Shown: one piece after another, positions 45,812-55,143 of the stretch | Position numbering within the stretch: position 1 is the first letter of the stretch | How the letters are laid out: each line of letters opens with the position of its first letter | Origin: a plasmid | Sequence record: NZ_CP118102.1 | Direction: 5' to 3' (one strand) | DNA length: 64,000 bases | Position numbers and translations under genes: made by a program | Notes under the pieces: generated by a model | Told to the model about the DNA's origin: nothing | Seen by the model: the letters and a program-made list of their open reading frames with translations, nothing else | Database searches by the model: none

Positions 45812-48043
45812 ATGAACAGCAAATCAGCGAGCTACGACGTCGTGGTCGCCGGAGGCGGACTGGCCGGCTTCAGCGCGGCGGTGGCAGCGGCCCGGGAAGG
45901 CGCGCGCACCGCGCTCGTGCAGGATCGACCCGTGCTGGGCGGCAACAGCTCGTCGGAAATTCGCGTGACGCCGCACGGCGCCGGACGGTTTCATGCCTAC
46001 GCCAGAGAGACGGGAATCATTACCGAGGTGACGTGCGAGGATCGGGCGAACAACCATGAGCAGTTTCACAACAACGGCTGGACGAACAGCGTGTGGGATA
46101 TGACGTTGTACGATCTGGCGATGAGAACGCCGAACTTGACGGTGTACCTGAACACCTCCGTGCAGCAGGTCGAAAAGGATGGAGACCGGCGCATCGCCGC
46201 CGTTACCGCGAGAGTCGCGGGGGCGGAGACGGAGCTGCGGCTGCAAGGCCGCGTCTTCATCGATTGCACCGGGGACGGCACGGTCGCGGCGCTGGCGGGC
46301 AACGAGTGGCGGATGGGCAGCGAGAGCCGCGACGAATTCGGCGAGCCCCACGCTCCGGAGCGCGCAAGCGGCGACACGATGGGCAGCTCGATCCATTTCC
46401 GCGCCCGCGATACGGGGCGGCCGGCTCCGTTTCGCGCCCCCGAATGGGCCGTCGCGTATGACGATCCCGCCTTTTTCTACGCGCACAATCGCAGACCGTA
46501 CGACATTCGCGCCGGTTACTGGTGGTTCGAGCTGGGTTCGCCTTGGGATACGATACACGACGCGGAGACGATCCGCCATGAGCTGACGCGCCATGTGCTG
46601 GGCGTATGGGACTGGATCAAGAACAAGGACCCGCTGACCCGGGACAAGGCGGTGAATTACGCGCTCGACTGGATCGGCCAGGTGCCGGGCAAAAGGGAAA
46701 GTCGGCGCATAATGGGCCGTTATCTGCTGACCGAGCATGACGTGCTGGAAGGCAGAAAGTTTGCCGACGAGGTCGCCTATGGCGGGTGGTATTTGGACCT
46801 GCACATCCCCGGAGGGCTGCTCGCGCCGACAAGCGAGCTGCCGGGAGCGGCCGAGCTGGTCAGCCCCTACGGCATTCCGCTGCGCATTCTGATCGCCAAG
46901 GATATCGACAACCTGCTGATGGCGGGGCGCAACGTCAGCGTCACGCACGCGGCGCTCGGCACCGTCCGCGTCATGTCGACGACTGCCATTATGGGCCAGG
47001 CGGCAGGAACCGCCGCTGCCGTCGCGCTTAGGCGCGGCATTCCCGTCCCGGACGTGCCGGGGACGGACGCCATTGCGGAGGTGCAGCAGACGCTGCTGCG
47101 GGCCGGCTGTTTCCTGCCGGGCGCAGCGAACGTCGATCCGCTCGACCTCGCCCGGCAGGCGGAGGTGACGGCCAGCAGCGAGGCGGAGCTTGCCGAGACG
47201 GAGCCGGGAGACGAGGGAGAGGCGCTGGACATCCGTCGCAGCCAGTGGGTGGCCGTCGCGGCGGGCGAACTGGAGCATCTGGACGTCTGGGTGGCGAATC
47301 GCGGCGACCATCCGCTCTCGTTCGAAGCCGAATTGCATCGCACCGGGCATATTTGGGATTACGACGTGCGGCAGCAAAACCGGCTGGCCGCAGCCATACT
47401 GGAAGTTCCGCCGGCCTGCGAAGGCTGGATTCGATGGCTGCCGCGGCTGGACGCGCGAAGCGGCCTTCCGGAAGAAGGCTATGTCCGGCTCGATCTGCTG
47501 AACGGCCGCGGGCTGATCTGGCGCCGCGCCAATGCCGTGCACCCCGGGCTTCCGTCGGCCAGCGAACTGGAGCCCGGCCGCCTGCGCAGCCACGACGACG
47601 GACGGACGATGAGCTTCCGCGTCAGTCCGCCCCAGCCGATCTATTCGGCCGCGCAGACGGTCAGCGGCGTCACCCGGCCGCATCGGACCGTCAACCTGTG
47701 GCGTTCGGCGCCAGGCCTGCCGCTTCCGCAGACGCTGGAGCTGCGATGGCGCGAGACGCGGGAGATCGGGACGGTCGAGCTGACTTTTCCGGGACATCTG
47801 CTTCAGGATCACAACCGTTATCCCGCCTACTATCGCGAACCCGACTGTCCGCGCGACTACAGAATTGAGGCTTGGACCGCCGGGGGCTGGGAGAGCGTCC
47901 ACGAGACGTTCGGCAATTATCAGCGCCGCGTGTCTCATCGACTCTCCCGACCGGTACGGACGGAGCGCATCCGCATCGTCTTCCTGGCATCCAACGGAGG
48001 CGCGGAAGCGGCGGTCTACGAGATTCGCTGCTACGGGATATAA
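45812..48043 (+). CDS. large FAD-dependent oxidoreductase (about 744 aa, FAD_oxidored family)
   Basis: AAGGAGG RBS then ATG 45812. N-terminal dinucleotide fold YDVVVAGGGLAGFSAAVAAAREGARTALV. The track ORF 45620 has an N-terminal extension without an RBS. Confidence 0.7.
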   Translation: MNSKSASYDVVVAGGGLAGFSAAVAAAREGARTALVQDRPVLGGNSSSEIRVTPHGAGRFHAYARETGIITEVTCEDRANNHEQFHNNGWTNSVWDMTLYDLAMRTPNLTVYLNTSVQQVEKDGDRRIAAVTARVAGAETELRLQGRVFIDCTGDGTVAALAGNEWRMGSESRDEFGEPHAPERASGDTMGSSIHFRARDTGRPAPFRAPEWAVAYDDPAFFYAHNRRPYDIRAGYWWFELGSPWDTIHDAETIRHELTRHVLGVWDWIKNKDPLTRDKAVNYALDWIGQVPGKRESRRIMGRYLLTEHDVLEGRKFADEVAYGGWYLDLHIPGGLLAPTSELPGAAELVSPYGIPLRILIAKDIDNLLMAGRNVSVTHAALGTVRVMSTTAIMGQAAGTAAAVALRRGIPVPDVPGTDAIAEVQQTLLRAGCFLPGAANVDPLDLARQAEVTASSEAELAETEPGDEGEALDIRRSQWVAVAAGELEHLDVWVANRGDHPLSFEAELHRTGHIWDYDVRQQNRLAAAILEVPPACEGWIRWLPRLDARSGLPEEGYVRLDLLNGRGLIWRRANAVHPGLPSASELEPGRLRSHDDGRTMSFRVSPPQPIYSAAQTVSGVTRPHRTVNLWRSAPGLPLPQTLELRWRETREIGTVELTFPGHLLQDHNRYPAYYREPDCPRDYRIEAWTAGGWESVHETFGNYQRRVSHRLSRPVRTERIRIVFLASNGGAEAAVYEIRCYGI

Positions 48044-48183
48044 CGGGATTGCCTTTTCATAACACAAGCTTGGCATTCTCCAATAACCTACTTTACACCT
48101 CGGAAAACACTGTATTATGATGAGGCCATGCGAGAGGCCGCGCACAACGCAAGTCGAATCCATATTCAAGGAGACAATGACCG

Positions 48184-48999
48184 ATGAACGCTAAAACAAA
48201 AACGTTATTCGCCGTATTGACGCTGGTTGCGGCACTGATCGCCGCAGGCTGCTCGAACGATAAAGGAAACGGCTCCGCACAGTCGGCCGCCGCGCAAACT
48301 TCGCTGGATAAGCTGAAGCAGAAAGGCGAGTTCGTCATCGCGACGACCGGCACGTATCCGCCGTACGCCTTCCACGAGGAGACCGGCGACCGACCGCTGA
48401 CCGGCTTCGATATCGAGCTGCTGACCGAGGTGTTCGCGCGCATCGACGGCGTGAAGCTGTCGTTCAAGGAAGCGGAATGGGACGGCATGCTTGCAGGCCT
48501 GGACGCGGGACGGTTCGACTCGATCCACCAGATCGGAGTCACGGAGGAGCGCAAGGAGAAATACGATTTCGCCGACCCGTACCTGATCTCGTACCCGACG
48601 CTGATCGTGCTGGACGAGACGAAGGATATCAACAGCTTCGAGGATTTGAAGGGCAAGAAAGTGTACGGCTCCAATACGAGCATTTACGGCAAGCTGGCCG
48701 AGTCCTACGGCGCGGTGCTCGTGCCGGAGGGCGAAAGCCTGGAGCTGCTGAAGAACAAACGGGTGGACGCGATCATTTTCAACAATCTGTACTTCCTGGA
48801 GCTGAAGAAAAACCGTCCCGACCTGAACCTGAGAGCGGCCGATCAGGCCGATACGCAGGAGTTGGTGGCGCTGCCTCTCGTGAAGGGCGGAGACGGTACG
48901 GCGATCGCGGCGTTTAACGAGGCGCTGAAGAGCGTGAAGGAAGACGGCATATACGAGAAGCTGTCGCTCAAATGGTTCGGCGAAAACTTGCTGAAGTAA
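48184..48999 (+). CDS. amino-acid ABC transporter substrate-binding lipoprotein (family 3)
   Basis: Lipobox LIAAGCSND. SBP_bac_3 pattern GTYPPYAF...GFDIEL. Confidence 0.8.
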   Translation: MNAKTKTLFAVLTLVAALIAAGCSNDKGNGSAQSAAAQTSLDKLKQKGEFVIATTGTYPPYAFHEETGDRPLTGFDIELLTEVFARIDGVKLSFKEAEWDGMLAGLDAGRFDSIHQIGVTEERKEKYDFADPYLISYPTLIVLDETKDINSFEDLKGKKVYGSNTSIYGKLAESYGAVLVPEGESLELLKNKRVDAIIFNNLYFLELKKNRPDLNLRAADQADTQELVALPLVKGGDGTAIAAFNEALKSVKEDGIYEKLSLKWFGENLLK

Positions 49000-49021
49000 G
49001 GCGGATAAAGGAGGGCTCGGC

Positions 49022-49699
49022 ATGAGCCAGGAGCGCGCGGAAAGACTGTGGGACATAGCCCTCCACTCGTTGTGGCCGCTGCTGCAGGGGATGCTGAAAT
49101 ACACGATTCCTCTGTCGCTCGTCTCGTTCGCGCTGGCGCTGATCTTCGCTCTGCTGATCGCGCTGGCCGGCCTGTCTCCCAGGCCGTACCTGCGGTTGCC
49201 CTCGCGGTTCTACGTCTGGATCGTCCGGGGCACGCCCATTCTCGTTCAACTGTTCATCATTTTCTATGGACTTCCGAATGTCGGCATCGTGCTTCCCGCG
49301 TTCCCGACGGTCGTCATCGCGCTGACGGTGGCGGAAGCGGCGTACTGCTCGGAAATCATGCGCTCGACGATCAAATCTCTGCCGCAGGGGCAGTGGAAGG
49401 CGGGATATTCCCTCGGAATGTCCCCTTTCCAGGTGCTCAGACGCGTCATCTTGCCGCAGGCGGCGCGGATCAGCATTCCGCCGCTCGGCAACCAGTTCAT
49501 CGGCCTGTTCAAGACGTCGTCGCTGGCCGCTCTCGTCACCCTGCCGGACCTGTTCGGCGTGGCCAAGCAGATCGCCGCCTCGACGTTCGAGCCAATGCTG
49601 CTCTATATTATCGCGGCCGGCTACTATTTGCTGATCTGCTCCGCGCTGACGGTCGGCCAGCACCGGCTGGAGAAGAAGTTCGGCAACTATTCGCTGTAG
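49022..49699 (+). CDS. amino-acid ABC transporter permease (HisM/GlnP type)
   Basis: Multi-TM. EAA loop [21 protein letters not shown]. Confidence 0.8.
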   Translation: MSQERAERLWDIALHSLWPLLQGMLKYTIPLSLVSFALALIFALLIALAGLSPRPYLRLPSRFYVWIVRGTPILVQLFIIFYGLPNVGIVLPAFPTVVIALTVAEAAYCSEIMRSTIKSLPQGQWKAGYSLGMSPFQVLRRVILPQAARISIPPLGNQFIGLFKTSSLAALVTLPDLFGVAKQIAASTFEPMLLYIIAAGYYLLICSALTVGQHRLEKKFGNYSL

Positions 49700-49719
49700 C
49701 GGGAAAGGAGGGGATCGCC

Positions 49720-50514
49720 ATGTTGAACGTTACGCAGCTTCGCAAAAGCTTCGGCCGCACCGAGGTGCTTCGAGGCATCGACCTGCGCGTGGCCAAGGGG
49801 GAGACGACGATTGTGATCGGTCCTTCAGGTTCAGGCAAGTCGACGCTGCTGAGTTGCCTGAACCTGCTGGAAATTCCCGATTCCGGGGAGCTTGAGCTGG
49901 ACGGCCATCGGATGAAGTTCGGGGACGGCGGCAAAAAGCGGACTCGCGAGCTGATCGGCTATCGGCAGAAAACGGGCATGGTGTTCCAAAGCCATCAGTT
50001 GTTCCCGCACCGGACGGCGCTGGAGAACGTAATCGAAGGGCTGATCGTCGTCAAGCGCTGGAATCGCAGCGACGCGCGCCGACGGGGCGAGGAGCTGCTC
50101 GCCAAAGTCGGTCTGCGCGAATTCGCCGACCGCTACCCGGCACAGCTGTCCGGCGGGCAGCAGCAGCGGGTCGGCATCGCCCGGGCGCTTGCGATGGACC
50201 CGGCGGTGCTGCTGTTCGACGAGCCGACGTCAGCGCTCGATCCGGAGCTGGTCGGCGAAGTGCTGCGGGTGATGAAGGAACTGGCGCGCGAAGGGATGAC
50301 GCTGATCGTGGCGACGCATGAAATGAACTTCGCCCGGGAGGTGGCCGACCGCGTCATCTTCATGGAAAAGGGCTTGATCGCGGACGAAGGCACGGCGGCC
50401 CATATTTTCGGCGCGAGCCGTAACGAGCGGGTGCGTCAGTTTCTCAGCCGGTTCGACGCGGCGGCGGAATTGCCGTCCGTTCCGGTTCAGGTTCAGGTTC
50501 AGGCAACTTTATAA
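49720..50514 (+). CDS. amino-acid ABC transporter ATP-binding protein
   Basis: AAAGGAGGGG RBS then ATG 49720. Walker [18 protein letters not shown]. Walker [12 protein letters not shown]. Confidence 0.85.
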   Translation: MLNVTQLRKSFGRTEVLRGIDLRVAKGETTIVIGPSGSGKSTLLSCLNLLEIPDSGELELDGHRMKFGDGGKKRTRELIGYRQKTGMVFQSHQLFPHRTALENVIEGLIVVKRWNRSDARRRGEELLAKVGLREFADRYPAQLSGGQQQRVGIARALAMDPAVLLFDEPTSALDPELVGEVLRVMKELAREGMTLIVATHEMNFAREVADRVIFMEKGLIADEGTAAHIFGASRNERVRQFLSRFDAAAELPSVPVQVQVQATL

Positions 50515-50538
50515 TAGAAGAAAGGCGGGTGGCAGCCG

Positions 50539-51891
50539 ATGACGGCAAACCGCAAACAATTGAAACTGGGCTTTATGGTGCACGGCGTCGGGTCGAGCGC
50601 GAGCGCATGGCGGCATCCGGCGGTCGAGTCGGACGCGAGCGTCGCGTTCGACTTTTACCGGCGGCAGGCGCAGATCGCGGAGGCCGGCAAGCTGGACCTC
50701 GTCTTTATCGCGGACGTGCTTTATATTAACGAGCGATCGACGCCGCATTTCGTCAACCATCTGGAGCCGCTGACGCTTCTGGCCGCGCTGGGCGCCGTTA
50801 CTTCGCGGATCGGCCTCGTCGGCACGCTGTCGACGACGTACAGCGAACCCTACGCCGGAGCGCGCCAGCTCGCTTCGATCGACCGGATCAGCGGAGGACG
50901 GGCGGGCTGGAACGTCGTGACGACCGGCATGCGCGGAGCGGCGCTCAACTTCGGCAAAGCGGAGGACGCGCACCCGGATCACGATACGCGCTACCGGATC
51001 GCGGGCGAATATTTGGAGGCGGCGCGCGGACTGTGGGATTCGTGGGAGGACGACGCGTTCGTAAGGGACAAGGAGAGCGGCGTCTTTTACGACCCGGACA
51101 AGCTGCATACGCTCGACTACCGGGGCGAGTTCTTCTCGGTTCGCGGTCCGCTGAACATCGCGCGCTCCAAGCAGGGGCATCCGGTCATCTTCCAGGCGGG
51201 CTCCTCGGAGGACGGTCAGAACTTCGCCGCCCGCCATGCCGACGCGGTCATGACCGGCATTACCGAGCCGGAGGAGGCGCGGCGTTATTATCGGGAGCTG
51301 AAGCGCAAAGCCGCTGCAGCGGGACGAAATCCGGACGATCTGCTCGTTATGCCGAGCGCCGCCGTCGTCGTAGGCCGAACGAGGGAAGAGGCGGAGGAGA
51401 AGTACGAGGCGACCGCTTCGCTCCTGTCGATCGAGGAGGCGATGCGGTATTTCGCGCAGTTTTTCGACTTTCACGATTTTACGCAGTATCCGCTCGACGG
51501 TCCGTTTCCCGAGCTGGGCGACTTGGGGCGCAGCAGCTATCAGAGCTTTACGGACAGGGTCAAGCGCGAGGCGCGGGACAAGGGGCTGACGCTGCGCCAG
51601 ACGATTCGCAGGTTCGCCGCGCCGAAGCCGCGTTTTCTCGGTTCGGCAGCCGAAGTGGCGGACGGCTTGCAGGAATGGTTCGAGACGGGGTCGGCCGACG
51701 GATTTATATTGCACAGCGACGTGCCGGGCACGTTGTCCGACTTCGCGGAGCTTGTCGTGCCGGTGCTGCAAGAGCGCGGTTTGTTCCGCCGCGAGTACGA
51801 GGCCGATACGCTGCGGGGCATGCTCGGCTTGCCCGTGCCGCGCAATCGCTATGAGGCCGCGCGGGCCGCACGCTTCAAGGACGGCGGGTGA
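50539..51891 (+). CDS. LLM-class flavin-dependent monooxygenase (NtaA/SnaA/DszA family)
   Basis: 450 aa. N-terminal LKLGFMVHGVGSSASAWRHP pattern typical of the family. Confidence 0.8.
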   Translation: MTANRKQLKLGFMVHGVGSSASAWRHPAVESDASVAFDFYRRQAQIAEAGKLDLVFIADVLYINERSTPHFVNHLEPLTLLAALGAVTSRIGLVGTLSTTYSEPYAGARQLASIDRISGGRAGWNVVTTGMRGAALNFGKAEDAHPDHDTRYRIAGEYLEAARGLWDSWEDDAFVRDKESGVFYDPDKLHTLDYRGEFFSVRGPLNIARSKQGHPVIFQAGSSEDGQNFAARHADAVMTGITEPEEARRYYRELKRKAAAAGRNPDDLLVMPSAAVVVGRTREEAEEKYEATASLLSIEEAMRYFAQFFDFHDFTQYPLDGPFPELGDLGRSSYQSFTDRVKREARDKGLTLRQTIRRFAAPKPRFLGSAAEVADGLQEWFETGSADGFILHSDVPGTLSDFAELVVPVLQERGLFRREYEADTLRGMLGLPVPRNRYEAARAARFKDGG

Positions 51892-53104
51892 ACAGCCAGA
51901 ACAGCAGGGCGGCGGCGCTGACAGCCGCGCCGAGCAGACAGACGCCGGTCCAGCCTGCGGCATGGTAGGTCATCGTGGAGGCGATCGAACCGGCCGCGCT
52001 GCCGAACGAGTAGAACATCATGTAGCCGGCGGTCAGCCTGCTCCGGGCTTCCGGCCGCACGGCCAAGATCAGGCTCTGGTTGGTCACATGCACCGCTTGC
52101 ACGGCCGCGTCGAGCAGGACGATGCCGGCGAGCAGCGCGAACAGCGAATGCGGAGTCATTCCGATCGGCAGCCAGGAGCCGAGCAGCAGAAGCAGCGCCG
52201 CTCCGGTCGTTCGCTGTCCGAGGCCGCGATCGGCCCATCTGCCGGCGCGCGCGGCCGCCATCGCTCCGGCGGCTCCCGCCAGTCCGAATGCGCCGATCGC
52301 CGTATGCGACAGCGAGAACGGCGGAGCGCTGAGAGGCAGCGCCAGCGAAGTCCACAAAATGCTGAATGCGGCGAAAATCAGCATGGCAAGGACGGCGCGA
52401 ACACGCAATATCCGCTCCTGCACGAACAGTGCAAGCATCGATCGAAGCAGTCCGAGGTAGGCGACGGATTCGCTCGCAGGCTCGCGAAGAGGCAGCGTCC
52501 GAAGCAGGGCGACGGCCATAACGGACGTCAGCGCCGCCGATGCGAAGTACACGGCCCGCCAGCCGCCCATATCGGCCAATAAGCCCGCGAACGACCGGGC
52601 GAGTAAAATGCCGATGCCGATGCCGCTTGTCACCAAGCCTACGATGCGTCCCCTCTCGGCAGGGGAAGCCAAAGCGGCCGCGTATGCGACCAGCGTCTGC
52701 GTCACGACGGCGAGTCCTCCGACCGCAGCCATGCCGACGAGCAGCGTCGCGCTCGAAGATGAGAAGCCGACCGCCAGCAGCGCGGCGACGGACAGCAGCA
52801 TCTGCGCCCCGATCAGCTTGCGGCGGTTGAGCAGATCGCCCAGCGGCACGAGCAGCAGCAGCCCGAGCGCATAGCAGATTTGCGTTACTGTAACGACGAT
52901 GCCGATCGTGGAGCGGGCGATGCCGAATTCTCCCGCGATCGAATCCAACAGCGGCTGAGCATAGTACACATTGGCGACTGCCAGCCCCGCGGCAGCGGCA
53001 AACAAATAGGCCGCACGCCGCGAAAGATAGGCCGGCTGCGCGGCTCCTGCTTCAAGATGACCGACTTCTGCCGTACTCCCCGAATGCGAAACGCTATTTT
53101 TCAT
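51875..53104 (-). CDS. MFS transporter (12 TM)
   Basis: 409 aa with hydrophobic periodicity and MFS loop motifs. Convergent 17-nt overlap with the monooxygenase 3' end. Confidence 0.8.
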   Translation of the reverse strand: MKNSVSHSGSTAEVGHLEAGAAQPAYLSRRAAYLFAAAAGLAVANVYYAQPLLDSIAGEFGIARSTIGIVVTVTQICYALGLLLLVPLGDLLNRRKLIGAQMLLSVAALLAVGFSSSSATLLVGMAAVGGLAVVTQTLVAYAAALASPAERGRIVGLVTSGIGIGILLARSFAGLLADMGGWRAVYFASAALTSVMAVALLRTLPLREPASESVAYLGLLRSMLALFVQERILRVRAVLAMLIFAAFSILWTSLALPLSAPPFSLSHTAIGAFGLAGAAGAMAAARAGRWADRGLGQRTTGAALLLLLGSWLPIGMTPHSLFALLAGIVLLDAAVQAVHVTNQSLILAVRPEARSRLTAGYMMFYSFGSAAGSIASTMTYHAAGWTGVCLLGAAVSAAALLFWLFTRRP

Positions 53105-53281
53105 ATCTCCATTCCTCCTGTTTCTTCTGCATTTCTATTCTGTACCGAACAGTAAATAATAGAGCGTCACAAATATAGCTTTAAAGAATCGAATCTGTCA
53201 ACTCCTGCGGTAATCCTTTGACAATCAACTTTCCAAGGCGTATATTTTAATATACCGTTCGATACGAAATGAGGGAGAAGT

Positions 53282-53920
53282 ATGGCGCGTACGAGGGAGT
53301 TCGACGAGGAGCAGGCGCTCGATGCGGCGATGCGGCTGTTTTGGGAGAAGGGGTTCGAGGGGACGTCTTTAAGCGATCTGACGGCTGGCATGGGCATACA
53401 GCGCCCGAGCCTGTACGCGGCTTTCGGCGACAAGAAGGAGCTGTTCGAAGCCGCGCTCCGCAAGTATACGGGCGACCATGCCGCATACGTCCGCGCCTCT
53501 CTGCAAAATCGCCCTTCTATTATAGAAGCTTTCCGCAGCCTGTTTCGGAGCACGACGGCAACGGTGGACGAAGAGGGGGCGAGCCGGGGATGCTTCTGCA
53601 TCAACTCGATGGTGGAGCTGGCGCCTCATGACGAGAAATTCGCGGTTTTGACCAGGGAGCATCAGATGTATATCGCCGTTCTCTTCCAGGAAGCAATCGA
53701 GCGTGGGATTCGTTCCGGCGAGCTGGCCCCCGGCATTCATGCCAAAGGTTTGGCCCAAGCGCTGGCCGTCTCGTGGATCGGACTGACGGTGCTGGCGAAG
53801 TCCCGTCCGCCCCGGTCGTTTCTCGATCAGTCGGTGGAGGAAACGGTCGCGCTGCTGCGGCGGGGCGAATCGGATCGTCCATCATTCGGAAATTGTGACG
53901 GGGCCGACATAAATTTATGA
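53282..53920 (+). CDS. TetR/AcrR-family transcriptional regulator
   Basis: N-terminal HTH ...AAMRLFWEKGFEGTSLSDLTAGMGIQRPSLYAAFGDKKELF. Confidence 0.8.
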   Translation: MARTREFDEEQALDAAMRLFWEKGFEGTSLSDLTAGMGIQRPSLYAAFGDKKELFEAALRKYTGDHAAYVRASLQNRPSIIEAFRSLFRSTTATVDEEGASRGCFCINSMVELAPHDEKFAVLTREHQMYIAVLFQEAIERGIRSGELAPGIHAKGLAQALAVSWIGLTVLAKSRPPRSFLDQSVEETVALLRRGESDRPSFGNCDGADINL

Positions 53921-54010
53921 CAAAATGATGGTGTCTCCGCGAAAGCCGCGAATGATCGCGCAAGTTATGTTAGCATAGGGGGAGGATAATCTGGAAGGAG
54001 CGGATAAGCC

Positions 54011-54430
54011 GTGCAGCGAGTTCAAAACAGTCGTCTGAGTCTTGAAATGCCCACCAAATCGTTTATCCATGTCTTATTCGATACGATAAAGATCGGAATT
54101 ATCAAATCCAACTTGATCGCGATGTTCGCCGGCCTGTGCATGGCTCTGTACGTAGAAGGAATCCCGTTCTTCGACAAGATCGGCACGATCGTCCTGGCCG
54201 GGATCGGATCTTTCCTCGTCATCGGTTCGGCGGGCGCGTTCAACAATTTGTACGACCGGGACATCGACGCCATTATGGACAGAACGAAGAAGCGGCCGAC
54301 CGTGACCGGATACGTCGGCACGAGGAGCGGCCTGTTCATCGCCATCTGGACCGCCGTATTCGGCCTGTTCGCCTTGTACGTTGCGTCTCCGTTGGCGGCG
54401 CTGTTCGGCTTTCTCGGCCTGTTCCTGTAG
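54011..54430 (+). pseudogene. ctaB: heme O synthase / protoheme IX farnesyltransferase (CtaB/UbiA family) truncated after about 139 codons by a transposon insertion
   Basis: GTG start after GGAAGGAG. IKIGIIKSNLIAMFAGLCMA...AGAFNNLYDRDIDAIMDRTKKRPTVTG matches the CtaB N-terminal half, including the Asp-rich prenyl-diphosphate motif. The frame ends ...LFL TA|G, where the final G is the first base of the 38-bp IR. Full-length CtaB is about 300 aa. Confidence 0.7.
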
Positions 54431-54467
54431 GGGTACCGCCAACATTTTAACGATAATATACGCTAAG
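54430..54467 (+). mobile_element. 38-bp Tn3-family (Tn4430-type) terminal inverted repeat; left end of a transposon or accessory island extending rightwards
   Basis: GGGGTACCGCCAACATTTTAACGATAATATACGCTAAG. The first 14 nt and last 9 nt are identical to the reverse complement of the IR at 1838-1875. It resembles the Tn4430 IR (GGGGTACCGCCAGCATTT...ACGCTAAG, from memory). It coincides with the abrupt GC drop and the ctaB truncation. Confidence 0.7.
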
Positions 54468-54616
54468 CCTTCGGATGTACCTGGCTTAGCGTTTTTTCTT
54501 ACTCTAAGCCCAATAGTCCGGGCTACACCGCCCGGACTACCGATCACTCACCTTCCTGTTGTTTCAGCGGTCGTAATGAGTTAGCGGACATCAAGTGTAT
54601 GCTTTGAAAACACCAA

Positions 54617-54644
54617 ATGACCGCTAATCTTAATTAGCGGTCAT
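54617..54644. promoter_or_regulatory. perfect 12-bp inverted repeat ATGACCGCTAAT-ctta-ATTAGCGGTCAT plus a third half-site (TTAGCGGACAT at about 54586); candidate recombinase or repressor binding site
   Basis: Exact palindrome with a 4-nt spacer about 150 bp inside the IR. Similar half-site about 20 bp upstream in direct orientation. Confidence 0.4.
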
Positions 54645-54784
54645 TTAATATTAGGAGATCATTCCTTCATGATGGTTCGTAGAGACGATTTGCGCAACCG
54701 AGGAAACACTCGTGCAGCAAATGAATCGGCAACGAATCGCGCTATAGGAATCGTTTCTGCGCGATACTTCACGAAGCATATTTT

Positions 54785-55129
54785 TTATTTTAATATCAAT
54801 TCGATGATGTTGCTTGTTTTGCCACCGGATGACGAACTTTTTTGACGCATTGTCATCCTCCCTGCACCTGCCATTTCCACGAGAATTTGCCCGATGGCGT
54901 TTGTGGTATCAATCACCATGTTTTTGATTGCTTTAGGTTCCAGCGTCACCCCGTTGTCGATGGCTGTGCCATCGATCACACTTGGCAATACATTGCCGTT
55001 TGCACTGTCTTTGACGACCATGTTAATATTTTTTTCTTCGTCGCTGCCATTGTTGATCGCCACCGAAAGTGTGGTTTCTCCGTTTTTGCGAGACATCGTG
55101 AACGTGGTTTTTGAACTGTTTTCAAGCAT
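54785..55129 (-). CDS. hypothetical small protein (Asn/Gly/Val-rich; spore-associated GerP-like flavour, unverified)
   Basis: Strong AAGGAGG RBS 9 nt upstream of ATG on the minus strand. 114 aa. Confidence 0.5.
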   Translation of the reverse strand: MLENSSKTTFTMSRKNGETTLSVAINNGSDEEKNINMVVKDSANGNVLPSVIDGTAIDNGVTLEPKAIKNMVIDTTNAIGQILVEMAGAGRMTMRQKSSSSGGKTSNIIELILK

Positions 55130-55143
55130 GGGTAAACGCCTCC

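Noticed and set aside
45824-48169. 781-aa minus-strand ORF antisense to the FAD oxidoreductase gene
   Set aside because: Same reason: low-complexity R/A/G/P-rich antisense frame with no RBS. The plus-strand gene has clear FAD-binding motifs.
49048-50514. 488-aa ORF fusing permease-region antisense sequence with the ABC ATPase
   Set aside because: The N-terminal 220 aa are out-of-frame read-through of the permease gene (R/A-rich). The real ATPase starts at ATG 49720 with AAAGGAGGGG RBS.
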